A DNA stretch of 64,000 nucleotides from Octopus vulgaris (GCA_951406725.2 OX597821.1:51026001-51090000), one strand, 5' to 3'; positions 42,681 to 57,851 are shown, counted from the first letter of the stretch. Notes: generated from the sequence alone by a model not told the origin. Numbers and translations: made by a program.

Positions 42681-42900
42681 AGCAGTAATTTTATTCAGCT
42701 GAGTACACGTCATTGATTGGTTGAAATTACCTAAATACGAGAATTTTAAGGTGAAATTAATTCGTAAATATAAGTTTTTCTAAAAAATTCTAAGAGTAAA
42801 ACATGTTTTATATGACACATTCTACCAGTGTCCGAAGTTTGAAAGTGTTTAGTTACAAAAAATTATTTTTTAAATCTGTAGGTTAAAAGGTAAGGATCCT
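42680..42900. mobile_element. Probable non-autonomous DNA transposon end
   Basis: CACGTCATTGATTGG motif and terminus ...AAAAGGTAAGGATCC; family not assignable. Confidence 0.35.
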
Positions 42901-43378
42901 AATATTCTTTAGTGACACGTGTTTTGTTATAGGTGCCATTGTAAGATATATTTCCATCCACCCGTAGATACCTGTAACATTCCTCGTCAGATACAGGGGA
43001 AACAATCAAATAATTGATGGAGATGTTACTAGTCCGGTTTATAGTTTTCGTCCTTTCACAACCATATAACAACATTCATCCTGACCAAATTCGAACCTTA
43101 CATCTTGTGAGAATGTAACTAGGTCAAGGTGCTTTTTCATCTCATGCATATTCTTTTCATGTATGTATGTATGTATGTATGTATGTATGTATGTATTTAT
43201 GTATCTATCTATCTATCTATTCGATGTTAACCTAATGCATTTTACATCTATTTTCGTCTTCATAATGTTTTATATATTATAATATAAAGAGTAATAGCCT
43301 CATTTCAACCGGATCCATACACAAGAACTTCAACAAACCAGTCTCAGTAGTCCTAATATACATTTACGCATATTTAAT

Positions 43379-43463
<85 letters not shown>

Positions 43464-44140
43464 CTTTGCGTGTGTATTAAATTTATATATCATACTAAAA
43501 TTTGCAACCAATTTATGACAAAAAAGATGAATCCTTTCATCTTGTTTCCAAATTTTAACATTCAACCAAAAGCGGGATAAGTCGTGTTTGAAGTTTAACA
43601 GGGTATTATGGAAGGTATTGTCAGCTTTGAAGAAGAAATATATCGATTCCTTTGAAGTTTACACATTTCCGAGCATTCGTTATCTATTTTTGTGAGGTTT
43701 CTTTAGTTATGTATTGGGGTTCGATATTGAACGCGATAACTCAAGCATTTTAAACTCAGTTTCAAATGAAATACTGTGATCCCGATGTCATACTCGAAAT
43801 GTATTAAGATTGCAATCTTTAATGGAATTAAGAACAACCATAAGAAGGGGTATAATATAAAAGGTTTTGTAGTTGTTCATAATTAACATTCGTCTAGTTT
43901 GATTTACCTTATTTCTCCTGTATAATATCCTGGCAACAGTCATTAACATCAATTATATGCAGCCAACGTTATATAACAGGGGACTATGAGTTTTATTCCA
44001 TATGAATGACACGCATGCGGTATCTTCAGAAGAAAGATTTCGCCGCGGTTTCGATGATAATCACAAATTTAATAATAATAATAATAATAATGATAATAAT
44101 AATAATAATAATGATAATGATGATGATGATGATGATGATG

Positions 44141-44185
<45 letters not shown>

Positions 44186-44220
44186 GTGATAATAATAATA
44201 ATAATGATAATAATAATAAT

Positions 44221-44776
44221 AAATGCCCTGATGCAGTACCAGGCAGTGGCTCTCATGGCATCTGATCTTAACTGATTGGAAGTGTTATCATGTACATTGT
44301 TTTGTCTTGGTATAAAAGATGGGCTACAGTAAATATTCTGATCCATGCCACAGATTTGCTTGTCAGTTATTTGACCTTAACCAGTTGACCATGTCCCTTG
44401 GTGGTTGACAATATATGCATCTCTTATCACGAGCAGAAGTAGTGGGGGGGTGGCATCATAAACGTGTGTTGAAAGGAATTCTTGGATAATTCACCTTTAG
44501 AAGCATGGGTGGTTCGTTCAACATCCTTAAACAATCCTTATTCAGGGACATTTTGAACGGGATGGGCAACTCGACATGAAGAAAATTCTAACTGGGCCCC
44601 ACATGCAAGGTCATGCGCTGTTTATCTTGATATGAGATCACCATGTCGCGCATATATGGTTGTGATGCATGCGCCTGGTGTACCCTTCTCAGACGTTTAG
44701 TAATGATGGGTATACTGGGCTTCGTATATTTTACCCCAGTGTCACTTTGATGACATGCACTGCTCTCTCACTCAAT
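44221..44776 (+). mobile_element. Interspersed repeat embedded in (AAT)n, likely retrotransposon 3' end
   Basis: Ends CACTGCTCTCTCACTC(AAT)n; second copy inverted at 60961-61367. Confidence 0.75.
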
Positions 44777-45114
44777 AATAATAATACTGATGATAATGAT
44801 AATGATAACAACAACAACAACAACAATAATAATAATAATCCTTTCTAGTATAGGCACAAGTCCTACAATTTTGGGGAGGGGGATAGTCGATTTCATCGAT
44901 CTCTAGTGCGTATTTCATCGACTCTTGAAAGGCACAAGGTTAGCAAGTTTGGGGGAGGGGAGAAGTCGATTATAAGAAGACCATTGTTCAACTGGTACTC
45001 ATTTTATCGACCCCTAATTGATGAAAGGCGGAATTTGAATTCAGAACATAAAGATGGATGAAACGTCGATAAGCATTTTACTCGGCATGATAGCTGTTGT
45101 GGCAACTCACTTTC

Positions 45115-45120
45115 TTAATG

Positions 45121-45212
<92 letters not shown>

Positions 45213-45280
45213 AAGAAGAAGAAGAAGAAGAAGAAAAAGAAGAAGAAGAAGAAGAAGAAGAAAAAGAAGAGGAGGAAGAT
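45115..45280. repeat. (AAT)n(AAG)n compound microsatellite
   Basis: Directly visible. Confidence 0.95.
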
Positions 45281-45289
45281 GAATGAAAA

Positions 45290-45502
45290 TAGTTTCAAAT
45301 TTTGCACAAGACCACCAATTTCGAGGGAGGGGATAAGTCTATTACATCGACCCAGTACTCCACTGGTGCTTATTTTATCGACCCCGAAGGATGAAAGGCA
45401 AAGTAGACCTCAGCGGAGTTTGAACTCAGAAATAAAGAGACGGACAAAATGCCGCTAAGCATTTCGCCCGGCGCGGTAGCAATTCCCGCAGCTCTCCACC
45501 TG
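45290..45502 (-). mobile_element. SINE family A (further decayed copies at 44838-45110)
   Basis: TTTATCGACCCCGAAGGATGAAAGGCAAAG on the plus strand. Confidence 0.85.
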
Positions 45503-45510
45503 AATAATAA

Positions 45511-45541
<31 letters not shown>

Positions 45542-45749
45542 AATAATAACGGAAGCCGAAAATGTATTTAAATTAACTAGATATCCAGGTTAAGAATTGA
45601 TTTTTGTATTTCCTGTTTGTTGAAATAAAACTCATTGAAATGAAATACGAATGTAGATTCTAACAAATAAGAATACAGAATAAATAACTTTTCAAGTCTA
45701 AGATGATCTATTCAGAAAGAAAAAAAGAACCAAAGAAAAATAATTACAT

Positions 45750-45829
<80 letters not shown>

Positions 45830-46647
45830 ATATACATATGTGTGTAAATGTAGACAATAATGCCAATGAATATATTTGATTGTCTGTTGTCGGCTGTCCT
45901 GATGTCTTGACGTAACTAGAAGTTATTCCCAGGCTATTGACTTACCATTTCACATTTTCTCATTTACTATTATTTCTACGACATCGTCTACGATTCTTGG
46001 ATGAATTCCTTCACCGGAAATCGAATACGCCATCCTGCGGAAGAAAACAATGAATACGATTACTGTGGAAAAGAAGTCGAGATTAATTCTACAAAGCGTT
46101 TTGCTATGGCTGTTATGATGATTATTACACACCCATTGTCTGTCGTCAAATATCACAACTTGCTCGATATATTTCTCTGTAGTTAAATATATGTAAATAT
46201 AAGAGAGAGAATGGTTAGTGTTGTAGCAGAAACGGCTGAAGACTAGAATCATCTTATAGATACTTTCAAAGAGCAACCTATTATGTTTTCTATACCATTA
46301 TGGTAATTGATTTCGACTTCCAGCACACGCTGTCAACAAAATAGAGAAAAGCGTTAATTTGGTTTGGGTTTAATAATCATTTTATGTTATATGGAAATTT
46401 GAAATATTTCATACATAGTATATATATGCACATACACGTACACAAGCACGTGTACACATACTGAAACACACATACACATGTACATGCATATCATCAATCA
46501 CCATATATATATATATATATGTAATTTCAGTCTGACGTGTCGTCTATAAGCTAAACGCCTTGTAAGTCCAAAACCAATGGTCACTCTCTGACTAGCCATT
46601 AAAGAACAACCTTCTGAACAACACACACACACACACACACACATACA

Positions 46648-47065
46648 TATACTCTTTTACTCTTTACTCTTTTACTTGTTTCAGTCATTTGACTGCGGCC
46701 ATGCTGGAGCACAACCTTTAGTCGAGCAAATCGACCCCAGGACTTATTCTTTGTAAGCCCAGTACTTATTCTATCGTTCTCTTTTGCCGAACCGCTAAGT
46801 GACGGGGACATAAACACACCAGCATCGGTTGTCAAGCAATGCTAGGGGGACAAACACAGACACACAAACACACACACACACATAAATATATATACATATA
46901 TACGACAGTCTTCTTTCATTTTCCGTCTACCAAATCCACTCACAAGGCATTGGTCGGCCCGGGGCTATAGCAGAAGACACTTGCCCAAGATGCCACGCAG
47001 TGGGACTGAACCCGGAACCATGTGGTTGGTTAGCAAGCTACTTACCACACAGCCACTCCTGTGCC
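46648..47065 (-). mobile_element. SINE family B, full length
   Basis: Head with CORE-like CTTGGGCAAGTGTCTTC, internal microsatellite, (AAAGAGT)n tail. Confidence 0.9.
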
Positions 47066-47761
47066 TATATATATATATATATATATATATACATACATAT
47101 ATATATATAAATATATGGAGAGAGAGAAATAGAGAGAGAGAGAGAGAGAGAGAGAAAGAAAGAGAGAGGGAGAGAGAGAGAGTGTGATTTGCTGATTCAT
47201 CAGAAGCGATAAAGGCTTCTGTTTCCGCTACTCAGAGTTGCACCATTCCAATAGTAAGCAGGTAAACCGAGCCACGATTTCGTTTGAGTAATCAATGTCT
47301 GAGCATTATTTTTCTTTTGAAGTATTAAATGAAAGTTTGAATGAAAGCTTATCCTTATGTTCTTTTGTTTAAATTACTAGTATCCTCGATTGGGGATATT
47401 TCATTTTTACATTTTCCTCGCTTCTTCATCTCTAATGATCATATACCTAGCTTATGGAATCCTTATTCAATATATTTATCCACATGCTTGTCTATTCTGG
47501 AAACAGCTGTAAGAGACTCCACCTCTTTATATTCTCTATCTAAATTGAAATTTTCTAGTGACGCCAAATATATACATAGATTATATATTCATGTATACGT
47601 ATACACATACATATACACATGTACGTATATTCATATATACATGCACCCATATATAGATTCGCCGACATATTAAAACATATACCAATAAAGCCTATGAATT
47701 AAACATTTTGACAACCAATGTATATATACATACATACATACATATATACTTCTATATATAC

Positions 47762-47811
<50 letters not shown>

Positions 47812-47855
47812 ATATGTATGTATATATGTACATACATATATACATACATATATAC

Positions 47856-47905
<50 letters not shown>

Positions 47906-47965
47906 TATATGTATGTATATATGTATGTATATATGTATGTATATATGTATGTATATATACATACA

Positions 47966-48000
<35 letters not shown>

Positions 48001-48009
<9 letters not shown>

Positions 48010-48326
48010 TAAAAGAATTCCAACCTTGTCTGATTTTCACGTTTTATTTACAATCTTATAATGATATATTATAAGATAATATATTATAATTGAATAAAAT
48101 AAAAAGTCAAAAATTGTGAAGCATGACTGTCAACACTACTACATGAACCCGAAGATTGCAGAATTCAATGCATGAAAGTACTAGTTCAATCAGAATGAAT
48201 ATTTAACATTCTACTATTTCATTTTATTTTATTCAATTATAATATATTATCTTATAATATATCATTATAAGATTGTAAATAAAACGTGAAAATCAGACAA
48301 GGTTGGAATTCTTTTTATTAATATAT
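48001..48326. repeat. Inverted repeat, ~104-bp near-perfect arms, ~117-bp spacer
   Basis: 48001-48104 is the reverse complement of 48222-48326 (one indel). Confidence 0.95.
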
Positions 48327-48350
48327 TCTTCTATACACAATCACACACAC

Positions 48351-48405
<55 letters not shown>

Positions 48406-48664
48406 ATATATAATATACATATGTCGGAACATTAGTTATCATATTGTTTTTATTTATGTGACATATATTCATGCTACGTATTAATATATAATTTTTTCAA
48501 TGTGTAGTGTACTTGTATATATGAACTTATAGTTGCAATATATTATGCTTTATATTATGAATTTATCTCAAATATTTACTATCTATATCATACATCATGT
48601 ATTTTCTTTATATGATTAACAATACACACACACACATATATATAAATATATATATATATATATG

Positions 48665-48702
<38 letters not shown>

Positions 48703-48722
48703 GAGAGAGAGAGAGAGAGAGT

Positions 48723-48758
<36 letters not shown>

Positions 48759-48881
48759 TTCTGGTGTATATGGTACTTAAGTTGTGGCACCAGAATTTAG
48801 TACGGTATTATCCATACAATTTCAAAGTAAGGTGATTAAAATAAGCAACCTCTGGATATCTTTGTTGCTTATTTTGATTTT

Positions 48882-48916
<35 letters not shown>

Positions 48917-51018
48917 CACACACATACACATATATATGATGCTGATCATCTATATATTATCATTCATCTATGTATTGTTCGGCATCTGCCTGAAATATTT
49001 TGTATATGACTTTAGTTTATTTTGAGAAATAGTAGTCAAATCTCCTCTACCCCAAACCGCAGCCTTCTGTCTGTCAAAAAATAAATATTCAAGACAAAAA
49101 TATTCAAGAATAGCTTTGTGTGACATCGAACTCTATATCTTCTGTTGTGTTTGTCTCTTTGTCTTTGGAATGGAGAAAACAGAGAGGAAGGGAGAGAGGG
49201 AGAGAGAGGGAGAAGTGGGAGAGGGGGAGACAGAGAGGAAGAGAGACGTCGGGAGCGAATGAGTGACGCGCATGAGGAGAGTGGCATAGCTAGAAAGTAG
49301 GAGTACGATGTTGGTTATGACGGCAGTGACCTCTCTATCAAAATCTATCAGTTTGAATATTAATGGGTACATTAGACCAAAGGTCCTTAACCGTAGACCA
49401 TATGGCCGTTGGAAGTCTATATAACCTTTCATTGTTAAATGTTTTGCACGATAAATTGGTTAAACTTCTACAATAAACAAAATATGTTAATTTTTTATAC
49501 AATACTTAATAAAATTAATTATAAAAATACAATGATTTTTATATACATTAAATGGATATAGATTCCATCAAAATAAAAGAGGAATCAAGGTGTCTATAGG
49601 CAAAAAATGGTTGAGAACTGATACATTAGAAGAAATAGCGTGATGACGGGGATGATGTACGGTGAAACAGTAGCCATAATTCTATTGTCATCATCATCAA
49701 CAGCGACAACAATGAAATCGACTAAAGAGTACGAAATCATATGAATTTAATTACAGAATAAAGAGATATTGCAGTTTTCATCCTTAAAATAAGTTCATTA
49801 ATCATTTCGAGGTGCGAATGTTCTACTTTGACCAGTGTACCTTACCTTCGTTGCATGAATAGAAACTAAAATGTTTTGTTGAAATAGGAAAAAAGGTATG
49901 AATCGTATTTAATCATAATTATATTGTATTTAATAACGAGGTTTTTATAAGCTGTAAACATAAGACATAGAAAAAGATAGCAAGACGGCTTCAACTTTTC
50001 TTCATTCATGTGCGCAAACTCAAGTAAATTTTCATTTCTACGGGCTCATAAATGTGAGAGTCTTCAAAATACAAAGCCAAAAGGGAAGGTACGATATGAA
50101 TTTAGTTTTTCTATAGGTTTAATAAATGGATTTAAATCTAATGTGTGTAATATTAAACAAATAACAATGAAATTAATTTAATAACATCTACGTTTTGTTA
50201 CATTTCATTAATATATCGCATTATGATAAATCTTTTATGAATTTCTTGTATATAGAAAATATGTTGAAAATTACATAACAGCTATGAAAAAATGTTGAAA
50301 ATCACATAACTTTAAACCAAATTCTGTGTTGATTATTTATATCTCAGATCACCACTACCACCTCAACAAAACCTTGGCATCTTCCAGTTTTGTCCAATCT
50401 GTTTACTGATCGTCAAACGTTATCTCTTCATTCCAATCCTTGGTTCAGTATGTAATTTCTAATATCATGGTCTTCTACATTCACTACATTTGGGACAAAT
50501 TGTGACAAGATCAAATAATCTAGATACACTAGATATAGCAAGAAATAATATTTGAGCAATCTGCTTTAAAACAATGGAGACCTGAATAGAGTTTGGAAGA
50601 AACTGTAACCAGTAGCATTGCATCGAGAACTACCCTGTCTTATATTAAAGAAAACATCCACAGAGCTACATTTTCAATTCTAACTTGTTTTCTTTTTAAA
50701 TACCATGGAATTATTAAGAAGGATTTAATAAGTATTCCTGTCAAGTCAAGCCACCACATAGGTTCTTTCTACCTGACTGTGTGGCTGCGATAGGCAGATA
50801 GATAGTTAAGAAGGTCGGTGAAATTCGTTGCAAACTTACAACAAGCAGAGCTTCTTTTAAATATACACACATTTTTGGAGGGACAGCTCCAAAGCTTATA
50901 CAGATGTAATACAATAGTGTGAGTCTTGCTCTGCATTTGTAGTTTCATCGTAGTTTCATTTCTTAGAATTCTATTCGTAATTTTCGTTCCCTACATTATC
51001 TTTCAAAATGTTTTGACA

Positions 51019-51069
<51 letters not shown>

Positions 51070-51169
51070 CACATATAAATGTGTCTGTGAGTGTGTTTGC
51101 TTATTTGTTTGTTTGTGCGTGTGCGTGTGTGTAGCTCCGTTTTTACAAATGCAAAGCTCAGTAATCTGT

Positions 51170-51380
51170 TAGTGTTTGTCACCCCATATACACACCTTTT
51201 GACAAACGACTCTGGTTTGTTTACGCCGACGTTATGTAGCGGTTCAGCAAAAATATCTGATAAAATAAGTACAGGGACTAAAAATCAATACTGGGTTTCA
51301 TTTGTTTGGTTCGACCCTTCAAGACGATGCCCCGGCATGACCGCAATCCAAAGACTGAAACAAGTAAAAACCAAAAGATG
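51170..51380 (+). mobile_element. SINE family B 3' module (other solo parts at 10375-10470, 34990-35090, 55185-55362, 57578-57705)
   Basis: TAGCGGTTCAGCAAAA...ATAAGTAC...GCATGACCGCA...GACTGAAACAAGTAAAA. Confidence 0.75.
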
Positions 51381-51928
51381 CAATTAATCATGTTGGTAAA
51401 TATTACGTCAGCAATATATAGTAAAGCATATTATAGAGGTAAATTGTGTATCTCATTAATCAAAAATGCAATGCTTAATGAAACTTTTTATCCATTATTT
51501 AAAATTTTTCTTCAATGTGTCTCTTATATCAAGAGATAGGAGAATCTTAATGTCTTGGTCATAGCAGTTTGTCGTGTCCCAGCTTAAAAAATCCGAATTT
51601 ATGAATTTCCCTAAATAATTATTTGTCGATGTGAGCTAGCACATTACATGTCCCATCTATTTAATCCATTGCATCAATCATCTGAACGGTAGCCTTGTAC
51701 CAAGTAAATCATATTATCAATTTACATATACAATGTGTTGTTGAATTTAGTTGTTACATTAGTGTTTTCGTAGACGAACATACTTCGTTGAATTTACCAC
51801 AGTACAAAAACGGCACATGTTTTCCTGTCGTGAGAAATGAAATTGTTTTTGACGAAGTAAGATTTGAAATTAGACCATAGTGGTGATTTTTATTGAATCT
51901 ACAATATAAAATGAAGTAAATATATAAT

Positions 51929-52298
51929 AAACAAGAGCACTCAGAGAGCGCAAACCTCCGCCAACGTTCTCTCAACGATTAGCTACAGATGATTTTTGAA
52001 GTGAAAATATCTTAAATAAATTCGATTGCTCTCACTAACGAGACTACTAAAAATGAACTCGACCGCTCTCAGAAATTAAGTAAAAAAACAGGAGAAATAA
52101 TCCAGGATTCTTGTCCGGAACTAGATCGATCCCAAAATCTAATCAATTCGTGCCAGTAACGAGGCATAACATTCCTGAAAGTTTCATCCGAATCCATCCA
52201 GCGCTTCTTAAGTTATCTTGTCCACGGGCAAACTAGCAAACAAACAAACACACACGTCTGAAAACAATACCTCCGCGATAGCGAAGGAGGAGGTAATA
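51929..52298. mobile_element. Non-autonomous Helentron/HINE-type rolling-circle element
   Basis: ACAAGAGCACTCAGAGAGCGCAAACCTCCGCC at one end; (AAAC)n and terminal hairpin TACCTCC...GGAGGTAATAA at the other; subterminal inverted ACCTCC/GGAGGT. Confidence 0.7.
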
Positions 52299-52314
52299 AA
52301 GTAAACATACAACA

Positions 52315-53345
52315 TATTGGGTCACCCCAAAAACATAATGCAGTTTTTCTCAATTACATGAACTAAAAGTCGGAGGGAGCGGGATAAACTACCTGCATCA
52401 ACTTGCTATAAAAGAAGGTAGTAATATTACCTTGTACTTATTATTAGTGCAAGGTTTGAAGAGTATAGTTCAATTTTGACAGCGATTTTTCCAAAGCTAT
52501 AATGGAAATGACAAAGGAGCATATTCGGCATATTGTGCTTTATGAATGCAATAAAGGCAACAACGCAACGATATATGGGGATCAGACAATAAGCGTAAGC
52601 CGATGTTATCGGTAGTTCCAGAAATACCGAGTCGAAAACGACAGCCTAGAACACGAGCCTCGTCCTGGAAGATCTATAGAGCTCGATGGAGGACATCGTA
52701 CAAACACTAGTAGAATAAAATCCTATCGTAGCTGCTGAGGAATTAGCAGAGAAGCTTGGATTTGGTAATTCAACCATTCATCGATAACTGTGTGCCATCG
52801 GAAAAGTTAGCAAATTGGCTCAATGTGTTTCTCACAAATTTTCCAAGTTTAACCGCGCACAAACAGTGAAAGAGTGTTCTTTGCTGTCATGTCTCCCAAA
52901 TGAACCTTTTGGGGACTGGTGACGAGAAATGGGTTCTCTATAAAAATGTCAAGCGCCGAAGACAGTGGGTATAGAAGGGAGAAGCACCGGAAGTCCTGGT
53001 TAAAGCTCTTCACACACATAAGGTGTTATTATCTGTTTGGTGGGATAGGAAATGTTTAGTCGACTTTGAAATTTAAACCCCAAACATACAATAACACAGG
53101 AGATCAACTGCGAGCAGATTGAGCGGCTTAAGTCAGCACTAGAAGAAAAATGCCTATCGTTGGTATCAAGACAAAGCAGGTACTTCGATCGGGATAACGC
53201 TCGGCCACATACAGCAAGGATGATATTCCAAAGGCTGAAGCAGTTTGAACGGGAAATGATGCCTCATCCACCATATCCGCCGGACATTACTCCCATCTGT
53301 TGATAATTTATTTCGTAGACTTCAAATTCATTTGAACGGAAGCAT
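52315..53345 (+). mobile_element. Mariner transposon, 5' part with transposase pseudogene
   Basis: TA-TTGGGTCACCCC TIR; ATG at 52502 MEMTKEHIRHIVLYE; EPRPGR, TGDEKWV, VWWD, DNARPH, HPPYPPD motifs with stops and frameshifts. Confidence 0.93.
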
Positions 53346-53353
53346 ATCTACTC

Positions 53354-55001
53354 GTACATAGATAGTAGGTACATTTCGTAGTTTTCAATATTTATTATGT
53401 TTTTACTTTTACTTTCATGAAGCTTGCTGGAAGTAATATATTTGATGTGCTTTTAATGAACACAACCTCGAATATTACTCAGAAGTTTCAACAATATAAA
53501 GCGTTTACCAAATATAGATCCTCTTATAGTTGATAGAATATAAATTGTAACAATAACTGATTTATCGCTTATATTCTAAACTTAGTACAGCTGTATCAGA
53601 TAAACAGAAATTTCTCTTAATAACATAACTACAGGATGTTCTTAAAGCATTTCCCAACATCATCAGTTAAACAGATAAATCAAAATTATGTTCATTAGAT
53701 AATTGCATATGTAAGTTACACAACATTTTAAAGAACAGAAAACTATGAAAATCTGAAGCTAATCATTGCACCTAAAAATGACTGAGTCAGCAAACTGCTA
53801 CCATCTGATATGTTTATGTGTATAAGAGTGAATGAAGACTTTTACATGGTAAATAGACCTAATTAAAATATAACTGTTTCAGAACCGCAAGTTCTCCTTA
53901 AAACCATTATCTACTGCCTTGTACATACACAGTACACACATTCACACTCACACATAAATGGGTATATATGAGGCAATAAAGGCAATAATAGCTAGATCAG
54001 TTAGCAAAAGCAGTTGAATAATCACATCATACCCTCTTGGGTTTTATATGTACTTATGAACGTATGAATCGTCTAAAGAAAAAAAATCACAATGTAGCTG
54101 TACCTAAGAGAAAAAGATTCCAATTCTCCAAATTATGTCTGTTATCTCACTCATAGAGAGCACCTATAGTTGTTTGAAAATAATAGAAATATTAGGTAAT
54201 TTTTTCTCAGCTCACATTATACTATGCTATTTATGTTAGCATAACAGAACAAACTAAACCTTCATGTGTTAGCTTGACACGAGACGCACACCAACTAATT
54301 CTAAACGTGTTACGTAGATGCAATACCAGGACTTCGACTTGAGGTTTCATTAGAATATTATATATTTACTTTCTATTGGGTCATCCCATAAATAATGCGG
54401 TTTCTATACATTATTTTTCAAAATTAAGATAAAGTTCTTTTATTAATCTAAAATATACTCTCCTTCATCTTCTACAATGCTCTTGCAAGGCACTTTTTCC
54501 AAAATTCATTTGTCCGTGACGAAAATACTCCTCCAGTACTGTTCTGACCTCGTCTGTAGAAGTCATATTCTTTCCGTCCAAATGATTTTGAAGACTACAG
54601 TTTTTATACTATTCTGTCCTTTAAAACTTTGCATAACTTATTTATGCAATTATCTAATGAAATTATTAAGCTTTATCTGTCAAACAGATGACGGTGGTAA
54701 ATGCGTTAAGAACATTCTGTAGTTATATTATTAAGAGAAATTTCTGTTTATCTGATACATTTATAATGACGTCAGAATATAAGCGTATAAATCAGTTATT
54801 GTTACAATTTATATTCTGTCAACTATAAGAGGATCTATATTTGGTAAACGCTCTAGATTGTTCGTTGAAACTTCTGAGTAATATTCGAGGTTGTGTTCAT
54901 TAAAAGCATATCAAATATAATAACTTCCAGCAAGCTTCATGAAAATAAAAGTAAAGCATCATAAATATTGGAAACTACGAAACGTACCTACTATCTAGTA
55001 C
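53354..55001. repeat. Inverted repeat pair, ~400-bp diverged arms (53354-53758 / 54595-55001)
   Basis: Long collinear reverse-complement matches, e.g. TTTACCAAATATAGATCCTCTTATAGTTGA. Confidence 0.93.
54374..54598 (-). mobile_element. Mariner 3' part, inverted relative to 52315-53345
   Basis: SLQNHLDGKNMTSTDEVRTVLEEYF...IVEDEGEYILD*, then TIR ...GGGATGACCCAA-TA. Confidence 0.88.
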
Positions 55002-55681
55002 TATCCAGATCTTATTCCATGATCGAAGCATTTCTGAATGACAATAGAAATATTGGCTTCAGTTTGAACCCTCCTGTAAAAAATTACCTCGTAACTTTAG
55101 AGACAAACACCCCATAAATTTGTCACACTCTGTGTCCCGATGATTCTGTCCGGGAATTACATTACGAGTAAACTAAACTTTTCCTTGTATCAGTCATTTT
55201 GACTGTGGCCATGCTGGAGCACCGTCTTTTAGCCGAAGAAATCAACCCTGGCTTGTTTGTAAGCCTGATACTTATTCTATCGGTAACTTATGGAAAACCG
55301 CTAAGTTACGGGGACGTAAACACACCAACATCGGTTGTCAAGCGATGGTGGGGGAACAAACATGAATATATGCATACATAAGTATATATATATTAAATTG
55401 AAAGTATCTCACATTGCAATAGAGAGATATTATTGTTTCACTTTTGACAAGTAATACTGAAATAATGTAAGATAAGAGATTACTGTGGGCTCATATTAGG
55501 TAAGAGGTTGAAATTTCTTTTGTCCATGACGTTGCATGTGTAAATTTTGAAGGAAATCATTTGGGTAGTTCTTGAGTTTTAGGGATTGACACAGACATAG
55601 AGAGAGAGAGAGAGAATATACATGCACACATACAGATACATATATGTGGGTGTGTGTACGCATATGTAAGTATAGGTATAT

Positions 55682-55712
<31 letters not shown>

Positions 55713-55905
55713 TATATATCTTCCTATATGCTCCTCTCTCTGTGTGTGTATATAGTATATATATATATATACATACATATATATACACGCACACATATAC
55801 ACCGTGGGAAAGAAGAGAGAGAAAGATACAGAAAGAGAGACCGAAAGCGAGACAGAGTTCGATATAAACATATCCCAGTATGTAAATCTCTCCCCCCTCT
55901 CTCTC

Positions 55906-55972
<67 letters not shown>

Positions 55973-56899
55973 GTATATATATATATATGTCTGTGTGTGT
56001 AGGTGTGCGTATGTGTGTTCGGATTTGTTTCGCAGTGATTTTCCAAACCCGTGTATTAAAATCGACGTTATATTTAGGGAGATTTATTTATAAGCCTATA
56101 TTCAGTCTTATTCTTCGGGGCTTACCGGCTGTTATTTTCCTAGAAATTTTAGTCACAATTTTCCTACAACACAAACGGTAGATTTAATGTCTCCAACTGA
56201 TTTTAATTCTATGTTATGGCATTATCTCTCATCATTATTGCAATCATTTTGGCTGATATTGTTTGGTCCCTTTCTATCTTTTCTATCAGTTTACTATTTC
56301 ATTTATTTATTTTATATTTTATTGTATGTTCTTAATCCTGATGTTATCCACATCAGAAGTGCGTGTGCGCGCGCATGTGTGAGTTCATATGTGTATGTGG
56401 GATCTAGTTGGATTTAACCTTATTGATCCCTCATTTGTGCTTATAGGTATATATATATATATATACACATAAACATACAAACTATACATACATCATCTAT
56501 AGGACTACACACAGACTTCATGCTCTAACTCAAACACATACAGACACACAACTGAGAGTCTCTCACATATGTACTATACACAGACCCACACACAAGTACT
56601 CTATATACACCAATACACACAAATATAAATACACAGAATATACTTCAATCCACAGAACGCAGAGACGTATTTACTAATATACATAAACACAAGGCCTACC
56701 ATACGCACACACTGGTTCACACTATTAAAGGCTCGCTCACAAATAAAATCACACGCACTCGCTCCCATTCACAAATACACATTCATATATACCATTCTTG
56801 CATACACACAAATAGTCTTGCGCACCACAGTTCAGCAGTGTCACTGTTATTATCTCCCTTACACTCATCCGCATTCTTCTGGTCAGTTCATGTTAGACT

Positions 56900-57226
<327 letters not shown>

Positions 57227-57229
57227 CAG

Positions 57230-57324
<95 letters not shown>

Positions 57325-57532
57325 ACAAAATATTAAGGAAAGACCCTTACAGGTCGTTCGACTCACTTGAAAAGAGCAGCCAAAACTCAAACCGCAAAAA
57401 TAGTAGTAATTCTGAAAGCTAAAGGAGAAATAAAAACATTTATCATTTTCCTTAATATTTTGTTGATATATTATATACACTATTTCTATTTTCTCACACA
57501 CAGAAAATTTTCTTGACAATTTTTTGCTACCT

Positions 57533-57578
<46 letters not shown>

Positions 57579-57789
57579 GACGTGCTTTCCGTCTACCAAA
57601 TTTAGTGGGACCCGAAGATGTAGTAGATGACCTTTGTCCAATGTGTGACGCAGTGGTATCTGAACCCGGATGCAAATTTCGCAATACACAGTTACATCTT
57701 ACCTCCCCGCCGACACTGATACATTTACAATGCATTTAATACTTCAAATTTACGCATGATGAATATACAATATATACTTAGTGCATGTA

Positions 57790-57851
<62 letters not shown>

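Noticed and set aside
47195-47275. GAAA...CTGATGA on the minus strand, with related sequence at 12560-12670
   Set aside because: No consistent stem I or NUH register could be built
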